Origin: Callorhinchus milii | Taxonomy: Eukaryota | Reading direction: 5' to 3' | Assembly: GCF_018977255.1 (NCBI RefSeq) | Contig: NW_024704743.1 | Coordinates: forward strand, 100,130,001-100,194,000 | Length of the DNA stretch: 64,000 nt | Shown here: positions 35,326 to 47,810 of the stretch, in pieces | How positions within the stretch are numbered: the stretch's first letter is position 1 | Layout: each line of letters begins with the position of its first letter | Program-made: the position numbers and the translations under genes | Notes under the pieces: generated by a model | What the model was told of the DNA's origin: nothing | The model's database searches: none | The model's input: the letters and a program-made list of their open reading frames with translations, nothing else

Positions 35326-37609
35326 CTAAAGGAAGAGTCAACAAGGGCAAAACTCGAATCTTTCTTCTTTTTCACAAAGAACATTTTTTTAATAAACATA
35401 AAACTGTCCCAACTTGTATTTTTACCTTGCTTCCCTATTCCATTGAAACTACTTAGCACAGTTAAGCCTCTTCTGTTAACACAGTTTTTTTTAGCTACTG
35501 AGATCAAGCCTTGTTATAACAAACTGTCCCCCTGATCTATAGAGTCCCTGATAAAGTCGATAAAACTGTACTTCTCAATAAAACAATTTGTATTTTCCCA
35601 TTCAGTCATTGGAATTGTTTTTGGGGGTGGTTTAATGATCAGTTCTATGGATTAATTACATGGTGTGATGGGTCCATTGTGAGATACACTGAGACACAAT
35701 CCAGAGGTTACACTGCTAGATAGCAGAATTGAAAGAGTTACAGCGCTGAGAGAAGGACGAGTTTACCCTGAGCTCAAGGAAAGGAATATGGAATTTATTG
35801 AACTTAGGAATCCTCATACATCACCTCCCAGGCCCCAGGCTCTTATTACAAGATCACAAGACTGGCCTGGATGAAGCTGGTCCATCTGATTTCATCCTTC
35901 CAGAACACTTATCCTATCATCCCTCAACACTGGATCAAGCTGCTTTTTAAATGAGTCTTCTGCCACCTTTATTGTTCCAGTCGATGATTATCCTCTGCGT
36001 TAAACAAAAAGCTTCCTGGTGTCTGTCCTGAACTCTAAACCTATGTCCTCTTGTTCTACTGTTTTGCTCATCTGATTATTCACCATTCCACTCAGTGTTC
36101 AGGGGACACAGATTGGAATGAAGAAATTAGAATTAAGAAGTCATTCTCAATAGACTTTCTGTATAAATTGTCAGGGAAATCCATTAAAATTGCTGCTTTA
36201 AATGAGTTGAAGAAGCAGAAGGACATATTACTGGGAAGAAGGTGAGAAGGTGGGTAAATAGGGCTGAGAATCAAAAAGCCCTTTATCTCCCTAATGATTG
36301 CTATATTCCGAGTAGGCCAGTTCTCATCAGAATAAGGTGACAATGATTTTGCTAATAAACACACATTTAATGCAAAGCTCTTACAAAGACACTATTTTTA
36401 ATGCATTTTAGTGTGCAACCAAAAAGCTTCTGTTTTAGCTCTCACAGTAATGCTATTAGATTTTACTAAATGTAGGGTAAATACACAAGATTGATGTGGT
36501 AATTATTAATAATAATAATTCTTACATCTGATTTGCAACCTTTCACATCAGGAGGTCATCCCAAAGTGCTTCACAAGATATACAGTGAAGGGTATTGACT
36601 GCCTATAAAAATCAAATAACTTCATATACCGCCCCACCGTCCCCACCCACAGACACACACATTGAACCATCAAGAAATGGGTGAGATGATTACAAATAGT
36701 CAGTGGCCTGTTATTGAAGGACTTATTTGATGAATTATTAATGAGAATAACTATGTCATTCTTAATGAGTTTATAACAGCGAAAGTTTACTTAAGCTGTC
36801 AATACCACCCTGTACCTCAGTGCTTTATCCTCTTGCGGGGGGGGTGGGGGGGTAGATGAGCAGGGTTTCTAAATTGACATGTTTAGCAATGGAATGTCAG
36901 AATCGAGCCAACCCTCTGTAGTGGTCTCAGTAGTCCAGTTCCTGAGCCAGGCGGGTCTGTAGTATTCCAGGATACTGCTGCTGACAGCACAGCCTGTCTG
37001 GCTCATCAACAGGACTTGGAGGGACAGATCAGCCACTGAGGAAAGGGACACTTCCCGCTCAGCTCCTGTTAACCCTGCAAGCCAAAGCCCTAATAGGCAG
37101 GGTGGTCCGAGCTAGACCAGGAGTGAGACAGCTTGCTTTCTATGCAGTTTTAGCTGGTTAAACTCCAGCAGTACCCCAACAGACTCTGGGGTTCCCCCAA
37201 GCCTTAGCTTTTGCCATCCTGCACCTAATATTGTCCAGTATTAGGAAAGCAGGATGCGTTCCTCCAGGGAGAGAGTGTGCATTCCATTCCAATAAATATC
37301 TCTGGAATTTCTATGCATAGGGAGGAAGCATGGAACTCTTAGTTTGGTTTGGATACTCTTTAGTATAGTGATAAGTTCCCGTATGTGGCAGACACCCGGC
37401 TAACCAAAACAAAATAGCTCAGTGCATGGAAGATGCACTTACATGGTAGGAAAAACTGATGAATGCTGCTGTTACCTCTCACATTATCCATCACCTTGAC
37501 AATTCTGGCCTGATCCATGTTTGCATATAGGGTTTTCAGTATGACTGCTGCATTGGTGATCTTCCTATCTATGTTACATATCTCTTGACTGCTACTCTTG
37601 AACACTGGT

Positions 37610-39010
37610 GAGTCATTTGTCATTGTCTTAGATATCTCCTAGACCTTTGACAGTGTCTGGCACTGTGAATTCTAAACAACAACTTGCATTTATCTAGTGC
37701 CCTTCACGTGGGGTAGGCTTTGGAGCGCTTAACAGTGCAGACAATGAGCCTGGAATAGAGGGGAGGTGACTGTAAGTAATGTTGAAGAGGAACGTCTTCA
37801 GGTGTGAACTGAAAATGGGGAAGGAGGGGGCAAAACAGAAGGATTGAGGGAGAGAGTTCCAGAGTTTCAGGGTGTAGGGGCTGAAAGCACAGCCACTGAT
37901 GGTGGAGCAGAGAGAACAAGGAACAAGTATGAAGCTGGAGCCAGCCGAGCAGCGATGGTGAGTAAGCAGTTCAGAGAGATAGGGAGGTGCCAGGGCATGA
38001 AGGGATTTGTAGTCGAGTGTGAGGATCTTGAAGTCAATCTGTTCTGTGAAAGGAAGCCAGTGTAGCCTGGCAAGGACTAGTGTGATGGGAGCAGAGTTTA
38101 GGGCAGGTGAGTATACAGGCAGCGGAATTCTGAATGAGTTGGATTTTGAGGATAATGGAGCAAGGAGAGCATTGGTATAATCAAGGCGGGAGTTGACAAA
38201 GGTTTTGACTACATTGAGTGTGAGGTACAGTTGGAGGTGGGCAATGTGATACAGGTGGAGGACAGTGCCCCAAGTCAGGGCCTGGATGTGGGGTAGGAAG
38301 GACAAGTTACCTTTTTCTGCTCTTCTACTTAAGTTGTCTATTTTCCTCTCAATTTGATCTATGCCACAGTTAATAGTCTGTTATCTGACTCTTTTATCAA
38401 TTGGGGGGTTGAGAGAGCTTGATTCTCTCTTCCAATGTGTTCTTCTCCACATTAATACCCGCCTCTCATCATCTAACACCATCCACTGTTTTGCTGATGA
38501 TTCTAGTCTATAACAGAACTTTCACCCTCTCACAGATGAAAGCATTGGCTGATTTTCCTTCACAGCCTTCAATAATCCTCTTTCTATTGAGTCCTAAACT
38601 ACATAATAATTTCCCTATTTATCTCACAAATTTATCCATCACCTCTTAACTTAGATAGTTCTATTCTTAATGTTATCGATCAACATTCTTGATCTTGCTG
38701 TAACTTGTGAACCCTATTGGATCTCCCATTTGCATTTCCAAAGTTGTCTCCATGAAACTCAATCTCCTCATTATGCACATCACTATTTCCTCACTCAATA
38801 ATTCCTAACTTTCAAAAATGTCCAAGTCCAACTGAGTTTTGAATACTGCTTCAATATTTGGGATAGTCCATCAAGCATCTGTGTTGTCCTCCCGAATAGA
38901 ATACTAGCAGAGATTTGTCACCCAACTGTGATTCGTTTCTCAAACCTAACCTCCATCCTCTCTGCTCGTTTTCTGTTATTATTATGGATACTACTTTGGT
39001 AGTACCTTCG
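37610..39010 (+). mobile_element. Old non-LTR RT remnant (clade uncertain) interrupted by the L2 at 37676-38305
   Basis: LDIS*TFDSVW motif before the L2 and HCFADD motif (~38485) after it. Confidence 0.6.
37676..38305 (-). mobile_element. 5'-truncated L2 LINE
   Basis: SRLDYTNALL...LHWLPFTEQIDFK...LWNSLP...LKTFLF. Confidence 0.92.
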
Positions 39011-39219
39011 CTGAGCTATCATATGTAAGTGCTCTAAGACACTATATAAATGCTTGTTATTATATATTTTATATTTTTTTCCTTCTAAGCTCCATAAATG
39101 CTACCCTACATGCTTCTATTGTCTTGGGACATCCTTCCAACGTGGAAAGGTGCTATATAAATGTAATGTTGTTGTTGTTGTTGCTTTTCTCTCCTCCCTG
39201 CATGCATATACAAATAATA

Positions 39220-39530
39220 ATAATAATATGATAATCCTTGCATTTAACGTAGGGATTTTCACATCTTCTAGATGTCTCAAAGCGCTTCACAAAATATGCA
39301 GAGTAAAGTGAATTGACTGTATACTTGTGGACAAAACTCGGCAGCCAATTGCACACAGCAGTGTCCCACAAACAGTTATGAATTGAGTGACCAAATTCTT
39401 ATTGTTTTTTTTCTTGAGGATTATTATCAGGCGTGTGGAGTAAGGAAACTTGTCCAAGGTTTCGCTCTACCGGGAATCAACCCCAGGTCTCTTGCTTGCA
39501 AGGCAAGTGCTCTAATCACTGAGCTACAGA
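39220..39530 (-). mobile_element. tRNA-derived SINE
   Basis: Same family, reverse orientation. Confidence 0.9.
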
Positions 39531-39668
39531 AGATTCCTTGCATTGTCTCCTGTTGTAGCTCAGTGTTTATCAGGGACTCAAATATGTTGAATACCAAAAG
39601 CAAGGTTTATTATTGAAACTCTTCAGTTTAAATGCAATTCTCTTTCTCATATAATTAAAACCCACATT

Positions 39669-40342
39669 GGTTGTCACCTCAAGGCTGGACTATGGGAACT
39701 CTCTCCTCGCCGGCCTTCCCACCACCTCCCTCCACAAGCTGCAGGTCATTCAGAACTCTGCAGCTCGTGTACTGTCCCGCACCAGGCTTCGGGACCACAT
39801 CACTCCCACCCTCGCTCGCCTGCACTGGCTCCCCATCCCCCAGAGGATTGATTTCAAGATCCTCATCCTCACCTACAAGGCCATTCACGGCCTTGCTCCC
39901 TCTTACCTCTCCAACCTACTATCCCCCTACCTACCTGCCCGTACCCTCCGTTCCTCTGGCTCCGGTCTGCTCCACGTCCCCCGCCCCAATCGCCCTACCA
40001 TCGGTGGTCGGGCTTTCAGCCTCTCAGCCCCTAGGCTCTGGAACTCTATCCCCCAGTGCCTTCGCCTTGCTTCCTCCCTTTCCTCCTTCAAGGCCGGTCT
40101 CAAAACCTTTCTCTTTGACCGAGCCTTCAGCTCCCCTCTCGACTCTCTTCCCCCTCCTCGCTCCCTCCCTTCCCTTCCCTCACCCTGACCATTTCCCCCC
40201 TCCTCGCTCCCTCCCTTCCCTCCCCTCACCCTGACCATTTCCCCCCTGCTCGGGTCATGACCCAACTGTGCAGCGCCTTGAAACGTCCTCCTGACGTGAA
40301 AGGCGCTTTATAAATGGAATCTTGTTGTTGTTGTTGTTGTTG
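39669..40342 (+). mobile_element. 5'-truncated L2 LINE (young)
   Basis: Uninterrupted ORF2 C-terminus [12 protein letters not shown]...[13 protein letters not shown]...LWNSIP...LKTFLF; (TTG)n tail. Confidence 0.95.
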
Positions 40343-41468
40343 TTTGTTGACTTATCTCATTTTCTAACTTACTCGTCTTAACCCTGTCAATTTATTGCAC
40401 TACGGACTTTGTTCGATCACTTGTTTCTCAATAAGAAGACAAATGTCAGTCTGCTCTTCCTCAGTTGACATATTGTAAACAAATCATTAATAACTAGTCT
40501 TGCGAGTGATTTGGATGGAGCTCTATATGCTGGAAGAGATTTATTTCAGTAATTTATCCCAGTTATCAGAATTGGATAAGGGAGCCTGATTTATACTTCT
40601 TTCTGCACATCACCTTGAATCATAGCTGAATAGACACAAGTACCTGATTTCAAAGATTTGTCCTTAGGGAGTTTGGTATTTCAATGCTATTGAAGAGCTC
40701 AATTGGGTCTTTAAAAGCGCTCCGGGATGTTACTCCACATGAAGGATGCAATATAAATGCAAGTTGTTGTAAAATAAATATTTTGTGAGTTCTCAGATTG
40801 TAGTGTCCAAAACACCTTCAAAGTGTAGCTCTACATCTAAAGACAATTGTGGATTGAATGCATGTACGTGACAATTATCCACAGATTATGTAGCTAATTA
40901 TCTAAAATTCATAGCATTTATAGCACTATTTGGTCCATCAAACCTATGCTTGTGCTAAACTTCTTAACACAAGAAGGGAAACAGATAGCAGAGAAGGATG
41001 AGCAGGGTAAAAGGGAAGAACAAAAGTCACGTCGAAGAGAAGAGCAAAACTTTGTGGACAGTATGCTAGTGCTAACTGCTCCACTAAAACTATATAGTTT
41101 GATCCTGATTTACTGTTTTTACCCTATAGAGGATGCTGTGTGAAAACATATCTTCAGTGCAATCACTTGTCAAGACACTAGCTCACTGAAACATAGAATA
41201 AGAGAAGTGGTCAGAAACTGCTCTGGTCAAAAAGGTTACCAACTGTGTTAAGATTCGTAAACCTGAATAGCATAAAGATTTGCAATGGTAAAAGGGAAAG
41301 AACAGCGAATTAGAGTAGTTAGCTCCCATAGATGAACAGTACAAGCTTAGATTTGATAGGCCAAATGGCCTCTTCCTGTACACCTCCTGTAATATCTTTG
41401 ATTCAAATCATAATACACTCTTTATTTTCTCCTCAAATACATATCTCCTTGTAAACAATTGGACATAC

Positions 41469-41603
41469 CGTCCTCTGAAGGTGGGCACAACATAGCCGGT
41501 TACTTCATTCTCTTTCCCCTCATAGTTCTGCTTTGCCCGCTTCAAAAGGGGGCTTCCCGGGAAGCTTTCTACCATTTCATCTGAATATTTGGAAGATCTC
41601 ACT
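41469..41603 (-). CDS. MYOM1: MYOM1 exon (My1)
   Basis: cag|A...CG|gtatgt; VRSSKYSDEMVESFPGSPLLKRAKQNYEGKENEVTGYVVPTFRG, cf. human KRAKH...YMVPIFSGR; phase 2-2. Confidence 0.92.
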
Positions 41604-42074
41604 CTGTAATAACAACAAAATTACAGTAGGATTCATTACTGCGATTATTTTATGTTGTATGCATGAGACCAATCGTACATAGTGACGCAAGGCAACAAAA
41701 ACACTGATCCTAAAACGTAATGAAAAGATTGCTATTTTTAGCAATTGGCTATGATAGACCACTTAGCTTTTTTACACTTTTCCAGCTGAGGGCATTTCCA
41801 AGAATAAAACTACAGCTGTTCAGTCCAGCAGCCATTTATAGAATCTATCGGTCTGTATTTTACTGCCTCTTAAAGCAATACTCCAGGGTAGGACTCTACA
41901 CTAACTAATCATTGAGCACTCCGGTAACCTGCACCTTCCACAAGAGGTTGCTGGATATTCATGAGGAACAGAAACACTGACTAAAAAAAAACTATTTACA
42001 TTTTCAAGTGAGGAGGATGTCTTCATACAACTGACTGGGAGCATAAATAGAGTGAATAGGCCAGCTGGATGAGT

Positions 42075-42270
42075 CAGGGGTTGGGGGGGAAGGAGAAAGG
42101 CAGATGGAAAATGTAATCAAAGACATAGGTCAAGGCAGGTTTTGAAAGCATGGATGAAGGGGGCAAGATGGAGGGACTTTGGGGTACAGTTCCAGAGAAT
42201 AGGTGCAGAATGTCTGAAAGCTGGCCCACCAACCGTGGGGCAGATCTGGTGGGGACGTAAAGCAGGCTGG
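42075..42270 (-). mobile_element. Degraded L2 3' fragment
   Basis: Similarity to the L2 C-terminal coding region of other copies in the window. Confidence 0.6.
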
Positions 42271-43766
42271 TGTTTGCTGAATAGAGGGAACGGCCAATCA
42301 TGCCAATGGGAAGGCCAACTATGGAGCCTCTGTCATCGCTCTGGCTGAAATCAGCTGGCTCAGCAAAAACTCAGCATCAAAACTCTGCATGGCTCAGCAC
42401 CACGTCAGATCAGCCCTCCAATTGGAAAAAAAATCTTGAATCAGACCAGGAAGACTGTGGATTTTAATTGTTCTTCACCTGGTAGTGGCTCAAAAATATT
42501 TATGAAAGTAAAAGATTGAAGTTAAAGAAACATCATTCTTAGAGTTGGGATTCAAAAATCAAACCCATTGATAGGTTAAAAATGAAGCTGAAATGGTTGA
42601 AGGGGAAACCATCGTCCAGATGTTGATGGGGGGTGTGGGGGCAGTGGTCAATCCTGAGCCTGTCTTTAAATACCAGACCAAAGCAACACACATGGCATAT
42701 TTTAACATTCAGTTTCTGAATAATATAGTTAATCAAGGGATACATCTGTTGCAGGACACATGTATAAACCTAATTTATTGTCCTCTGCCATATGGAAATC
42801 TCAGCAAAGAGATGCCAAACAGAGTGAGGAGTGAGCTGCTGATCAAGTTGAACGCTGCATGACCTAAGGAGCGGTTCCAGTATCTAACGCTACACCCATG
42901 CTTGCAAGGCGACAAAAAAATGGACACACGTTGATGCCAGGTCAGCATATTCATTATCTTACACTCGCAAGAGAAGTGACATCAGGATTCAGTACAAAGC
43001 TGCCTGAAGTTGAGAGCTTTTATATTTATAGTAGTAGGCAGACCCTTCAAGGAAAATAAAATTATTTATGGAGGGTTGACAGAGAGAAACGATGCAACTA
43101 AATTAATTGGACAAGAATAACCAGAGGGCAAACAGACTGAAATAATTCTCTCTGATGTTGGAGAAAAGATAATGTGGTGGAATGATTGATTGATTCAGCT
43201 AAGAGCAGATGAGACACGGTCAATCTTGGGCTTATTGGAGAATCTCAATTTTTCTTAGAAAAAATGTGTTACATTTGAAGACATTCTATTGTGAGGCTCT
43301 GTAGAGTTGAATTAATCTTATCAGAGGTTCAAAAGGGTGGGGGGGGGGGGTAATTATTTGTACTATTCAGAAAACCTAATGCTATTATTATATGTAATAT
43401 TGCAAAGCAATATCAAATGCAAGGATGATGATTATTATTCTTAATAATAATGATAATAATAATCCTTCCATTTGACAAAGCAACTTTCAGAGAAATTAAA
43501 GTGTACTGCCATTGTTCATTACATAGACTCATTCAGGAACAAGCACTTGAGCATGGCCCAATCTCTCTCACTAATACAACCTTTCTTTTTACTTTCCATG
43601 TTATCAATAGTACAAAGATCCTTGCTCCTTTGCTGAACAACATTCGCTTATTCCATCCAATCTACAAATACAATACACAATTACTTTTGTATAGCGCTTT
43701 CACGTGGTGAGGACGTCCCCATGGCACTGGACAGTCAGAGATTTGGACTGTCCCTATATTCCTTGT

Positions 43767-44090
43767 GGAGTCCTGTAGCTCAGTGGTTAGAGCACTCGCT
43801 TTGTAAGTGAGAGACCTGGGTTCAATTCCAGGCAGGGCGAAACCTTGGGCAAGTTTCCTTACTCCACACGCCTAATAATAATCCCTCCAAAACCCAAAAC
43901 AATAATAAATTGGTCATTTTCAATCTACGACTGTTTGTGGGACATCGCTGTGCGCAATTGGCTGCCGCGTTCGCCCATAGATATACAGTCAATTCACTTT
44001 ACAGTGTGTTCTGTGAAGCGCTTTGGGACGTCCTCCCGACGTGAAAAGCGCTATATCAAATGCAAGGATTATTATTATTATTATTATTAT
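43767..44090 (+). mobile_element. tRNA-derived SINE with L2-type tail, full length
   Basis: Head GGAGTCCTGTAGCTCAGTGGTTAGAGC (A box) and GGTTCAATTCC (B box); tail cgtgaaaagcgctatatcaaatgcaagga(TTA)n. Confidence 0.92.
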
Positions 44091-44850
44091 ACACTTCTCC
44101 TTTCCTTGAATCCTCACTGTGTTGAAATCAAAACTGATGGCACCATCTCCTACTCGCCATCATTCTTTTCCAAGGCTTTGATGTTGTGGAACTCCTTACA
44201 TCGCTCTGTCTTATCTTCCTCCTAGAAACTTAAAAGCTTTTCAAGTCGATACCTGGCATACCTCAACCTCTGTTTCTTCATTTATCTTGTTTTACAAGAT
44301 CATAAAGGCCAAAGAAGGCCCTTCAGTCCATCTGATCTCATCCGGACCAGAGCCCTGTGCTGTGCCATCTGGGGATCTAAACTCGACTGATAGTTCAGCC
44401 CAGCATCCTGTTTGTCTTGTTTATTGCCTTGTTTCTCTCGTTTCAATCTCGGTGACATTCTGCACTCTTGGTCCATGAACTTCACCTATATTTCTGATAC
44501 AAAATTTATTGTGTGGTGTGACTTTGACAGACTCTGAAAGGATGGGCCCAGAATCATTTCTTGGCTTAGAGGCAGAATTGTCAAGATTCCCAATTATGAT
44601 TTCAATTCAGTGACCTCTACTACAGAGTGCTCTCTGTGGAACACCAGCATGAAGTACTTTCTCCAGAAATGGAAGAGTAAAATGATGGAGTTTTTTTTAA
44701 AACCTTCTCTGGCTTTCACTTTCTTCATATATCTTATATTGCTTTAGCAGGACTGTGCCCTATTTTATTAATTCTGAATACAAATAGTGAACTACCAAAT
44801 TGTTCACAGCCATTGAACCATTCATTCTGCAACTCAGTTTCACAATAACA

Positions 44851-45110
44851 AAATAATATAATCCTTGCATTTGATACTGCACCTTATCATGTGGTTGAGA
44901 CATCTCAAAACACTTCTTTACAGTGAAATTTAGTAACTGTGTATTTAGAGGCACAGCAATGTCAGCCGTAAAGTGAATGACCAATTTTATTTTGGGAATT
45001 GTCGGCCAGGACACCAGGAGAAACTCCTTTCTCTTTTCAATCAGCGTCATGGGATCTTTAACATTCACCTGAACAGGGAGATGGGACCTCGGTTCAATGT
45101 TTCACTTGAA
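44851..45110 (-). mobile_element. Deu-domain SINE, partial
   Basis: ggccaggacaccaggagaaactcc...gggatctttaacattcacctg. Confidence 0.7.
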
Positions 45111-45716
45111 GGAGCAGCACACCCAGCACTGAATTCAGCTCCCACATGTACACAGGTTAAGTAATCTCATGCTCTGTTTAAATCGCAAGCTCGTTCTGTA
45201 CTGGTTCCATTAAAACTGATTCCAAAGCAGCTTGAATCTGATGGTACTGCAATAACCTTCCTGCTTATATTACACACTGGAATCCTGAGTATCAGAAGTT
45301 GCCTAGAAACAATTGGACTTTTGCAAACTTACACCTGCAGGTATTTGCAAGTGGCATTTTCTTTTGGCTCGGATTTCCCTGAATTCCCTGACCTGGTTAA
45401 CCTCTAGTGGTATCCGCCACGCATACTCTGGGGTCCCCATGCCTTGGCTCTCCCCATCCTAAGCCTAATATTCTTCATAATTGGTTAAAGCAGGCTGTGT
45501 CCCTCTGGGGAGAGAGTGCAAATTCCATTCCTGATGCATCAATATTTCCATGCCTAGGTGGGTATGGAACTGGTTTGAATACCGTTAAGCATGGTGATAG
45601 GTTTCCACGTGTCAGACGCTGAGCTGAGTGAAACATATGTCCTCTCGTCCAGTAGAAATTTGTAAAATCTGCATTACTGAGCTGTCAGCACTGGTATGAA
45701 CTGGCCCATGCCTTAC

Positions 45717-45853
45717 CCGTAAGAGTGGGCTGCACTACTGCGCTTCTCCTCCTGGTGGTACTCTCGCATTGTGGACTGCAGCTCGCTACTGCGATATCCA
45801 CGGTCATAGTGCCGATGGTGTTTCTGGTAGAAAGGTAAAGACATGGAGGACAT
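45717..45853 (-). CDS. MYOM1: MYOM1 first coding exon (My1 N-terminus; likely acceptor at 45919)
   Basis: ATG 45853 (or 45844): MSSMSLPFYQKHHRHYDRGYRSSELQSTMREYHQEEKRSSAAHSY; donor GG|gtaagg, phase 2. Confidence 0.93.
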
Positions 45854-46177
45854 GATGTACACCTAGTATCCCGGCTTCTCCCACTCAGTCAAGTGTTGCC
45901 TCGTCCCAAATCTCTGGCACTGTTCAGACAGAAAATAAGTGATCAGCAATAAATCCTTCACAACGTGCAATTGCAAAGATCAGGGGTTCTCAAATATTAT
46001 CATACTGAGCCTCCCTGAGCTAAGAAAAAAAACAATTACACCTCCCATAGTTTACTTAGGCTCACAGTACTGGTAATAATGTAGAAGAGCTTTGATCAAT
46101 ATAGTTATAATAAGAGTATAAGTATTAAAAGTACAATTTTTTATTTCATAAAGCACCTTTTGTGTTATCCCAATCCA

Positions 46178-46330
46178 TGACTGTTTGTGGAACACTGCTG
46201 TGCGTTATTGTCTGCCGCAATTGGCCCACAAAATACACAGTCAATTCACTTTACAGTATATTCTGTGAAGAGCTTTGAGACGTCTCGAAGACGTGATATG
46301 GCGCTATATCAAATGCAAGGATTATTATTA
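46178..46330 (+). mobile_element. SINE 3' fragment
   Basis: Tail half of the tRNA-SINE family. Confidence 0.8.
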
Positions 46331-46736
46331 TCTCGTGGTTCTGCCCGCTCCCTCCCACCTTGCACTTTGATTGGTGGCCAGATTCAGACCAGGGCCTGCC
46401 ATTGACTTGCCGACCTCTGATCAATCTGGATGTCTTCCCCGCCTTCCCTGTTGTCGCAGGAATTGTTGTGGCGGGAACCGTTGCTGCAGGGTTTGGTTGT
46501 CAGGGGAGCAGTTTTGCTGGGATGTGGGGTCAGTCCCGTAAAACCTGGGTGTTGGATTAAGCACCCGAGCCACACCCTTCCCCCCCTCACTGAGGCGCAC
46601 TCCATAGTTTGAGAAACTTTGGCTTGTATCAAATACTCTCATGGGGCGAGGGCATCTTTCAAGCAATACAAATCTAGCTATCTCTATCAGGCTGCATAAA
46701 TGATAATTATAATCTTTGCATTTGATATAGGAGAAT

Positions 46737-46850
46737 AATGATAATAATAATCCTTGCATTTGATATAGCACCTTATCACATCTTGAAGACATCTCAAAGC
46801 GCTTCACAGAACATACTGCAAAGTGAATTGACTGTATATTTTGTGGGCAA
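46737..46850 (-). mobile_element. SINE 3' fragment
   Basis: Tail half of the tRNA-SINE family. Confidence 0.8.
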
Positions 46851-47387
46851 AATGGACTTTAATGCAATGTTATATATGCTGACTTTCCCCCCCACCTTGG
46901 TTTTCTTTTTGGACAATACCAGATCAGGGCAAATGGTAAAGTGACAGCTCCCATATTTTGATTTAGAGGCCACACTGAAACATCAAATGCAGGATTATTA
47001 TTATTTCAGACATGTCATCAAAATTTAATTGCAAATAACGCATAATGTACTGTAGGCGTGCAGTACAGTGCTTTAAATAAATTCTGAATGCCGCAGAGGT
47101 TTAAACATCTTAGGGAAACACAATCTAACCACAAAGTTGGATTGCAATGACCTGAAGGCATCTAAATAATCCGATCTGTTTGAATTCAATGGTATCATCC
47201 TCACTAACACCAATGTGGATAGCAAAGTGCTGTTGCAAATACTAGTTTTATTGCAAATGTAACAAAATAAAAACTATATTAGAGTTTCCACTTGAGGTAC
47301 AACATCACAACTTCTTCAACTGTTTTAAGATCCGGGCAGAGATTATTTCTGGCTGAGGTTTTAATAACTAAATGCAATACCTCTAGT

Positions 47388-47397
47388 TTAAAAATAA
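47388..47397. promoter_or_regulatory. MEF2 consensus site in intron 1
   Basis: TTAAAAATAA fits YTA(W)4TAR, ~280 bp into intron 1. The AT-rich context weakens specificity. Confidence 0.3.
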
Positions 47398-47677
47398 ACC
47401 TGCATTAACTTCAGTTTCAAAACTAAAGACATATATAATAAAATCATAAGACAATTAAACTGTTTTTAACTATATAACTAGCTTAACCCAAGCAACAGCT
47501 TAAAACTCCCCAAAGCCTCTGGTGTTTCTGCACCAATATCAAGTGTTAACTTGTGCACTGAGAGGTGGTTAAAATCTTATTAACTAATGCCAGGAACTTA
47601 AATTTTTACAAACAAAATAAAGCGTGAAGATTCCCTAAGCTTCTGCTGAAAGTGAACAAGTGATCAAGAGGACTTAC

Positions 47678-47810
47678 CAATGTGAAAGCCTTAAACTAAA
47701 TGTCAGAATGAAAGCCCAGCCAGATGAATCAACCAAAGCTACAGAGGAAGAAGGCTGCAGACTGGTCTACAGGGTCCGGTACAAAAATAATGTCTCCCGT
47801 CAGTGGAATG
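47678..47810 (-). other. MYOM1: Candidate non-coding exon 1 (5' UTR) of MYOM1
   Basis: Strong donor TTG|gtaagt at 47678/47677, directly downstream of a cluster of muscle promoter motifs. The 5' end is only estimated. Confidence 0.6.

Larger units (their letters stand above)
449..47810 (-). other. MYOM1: Myomesin-1 gene, partial (3' part continues beyond the window start; TSS approximate)
   Basis: Spliced exons translate to MSLPFYQ...PEFIIKPRSHTVWEK...CNDTPVKFARFPVTGL...KPPGQRGHEGIMY...CEEWTIAVPGPPH...SELAVELLEKGQVRFW, matching vertebrate myomesin-1 in order. All junction phases are consistent. Confidence 0.97.

Noticed and set aside
43767-43840. tRNA-like sequences with A and B boxes (also at 52202, 53194, 55056 and minus-strand copies)
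   Set aside because: They continue into a shared SINE body and L2-type tail, so they are SINE heads rather than tRNA genes.
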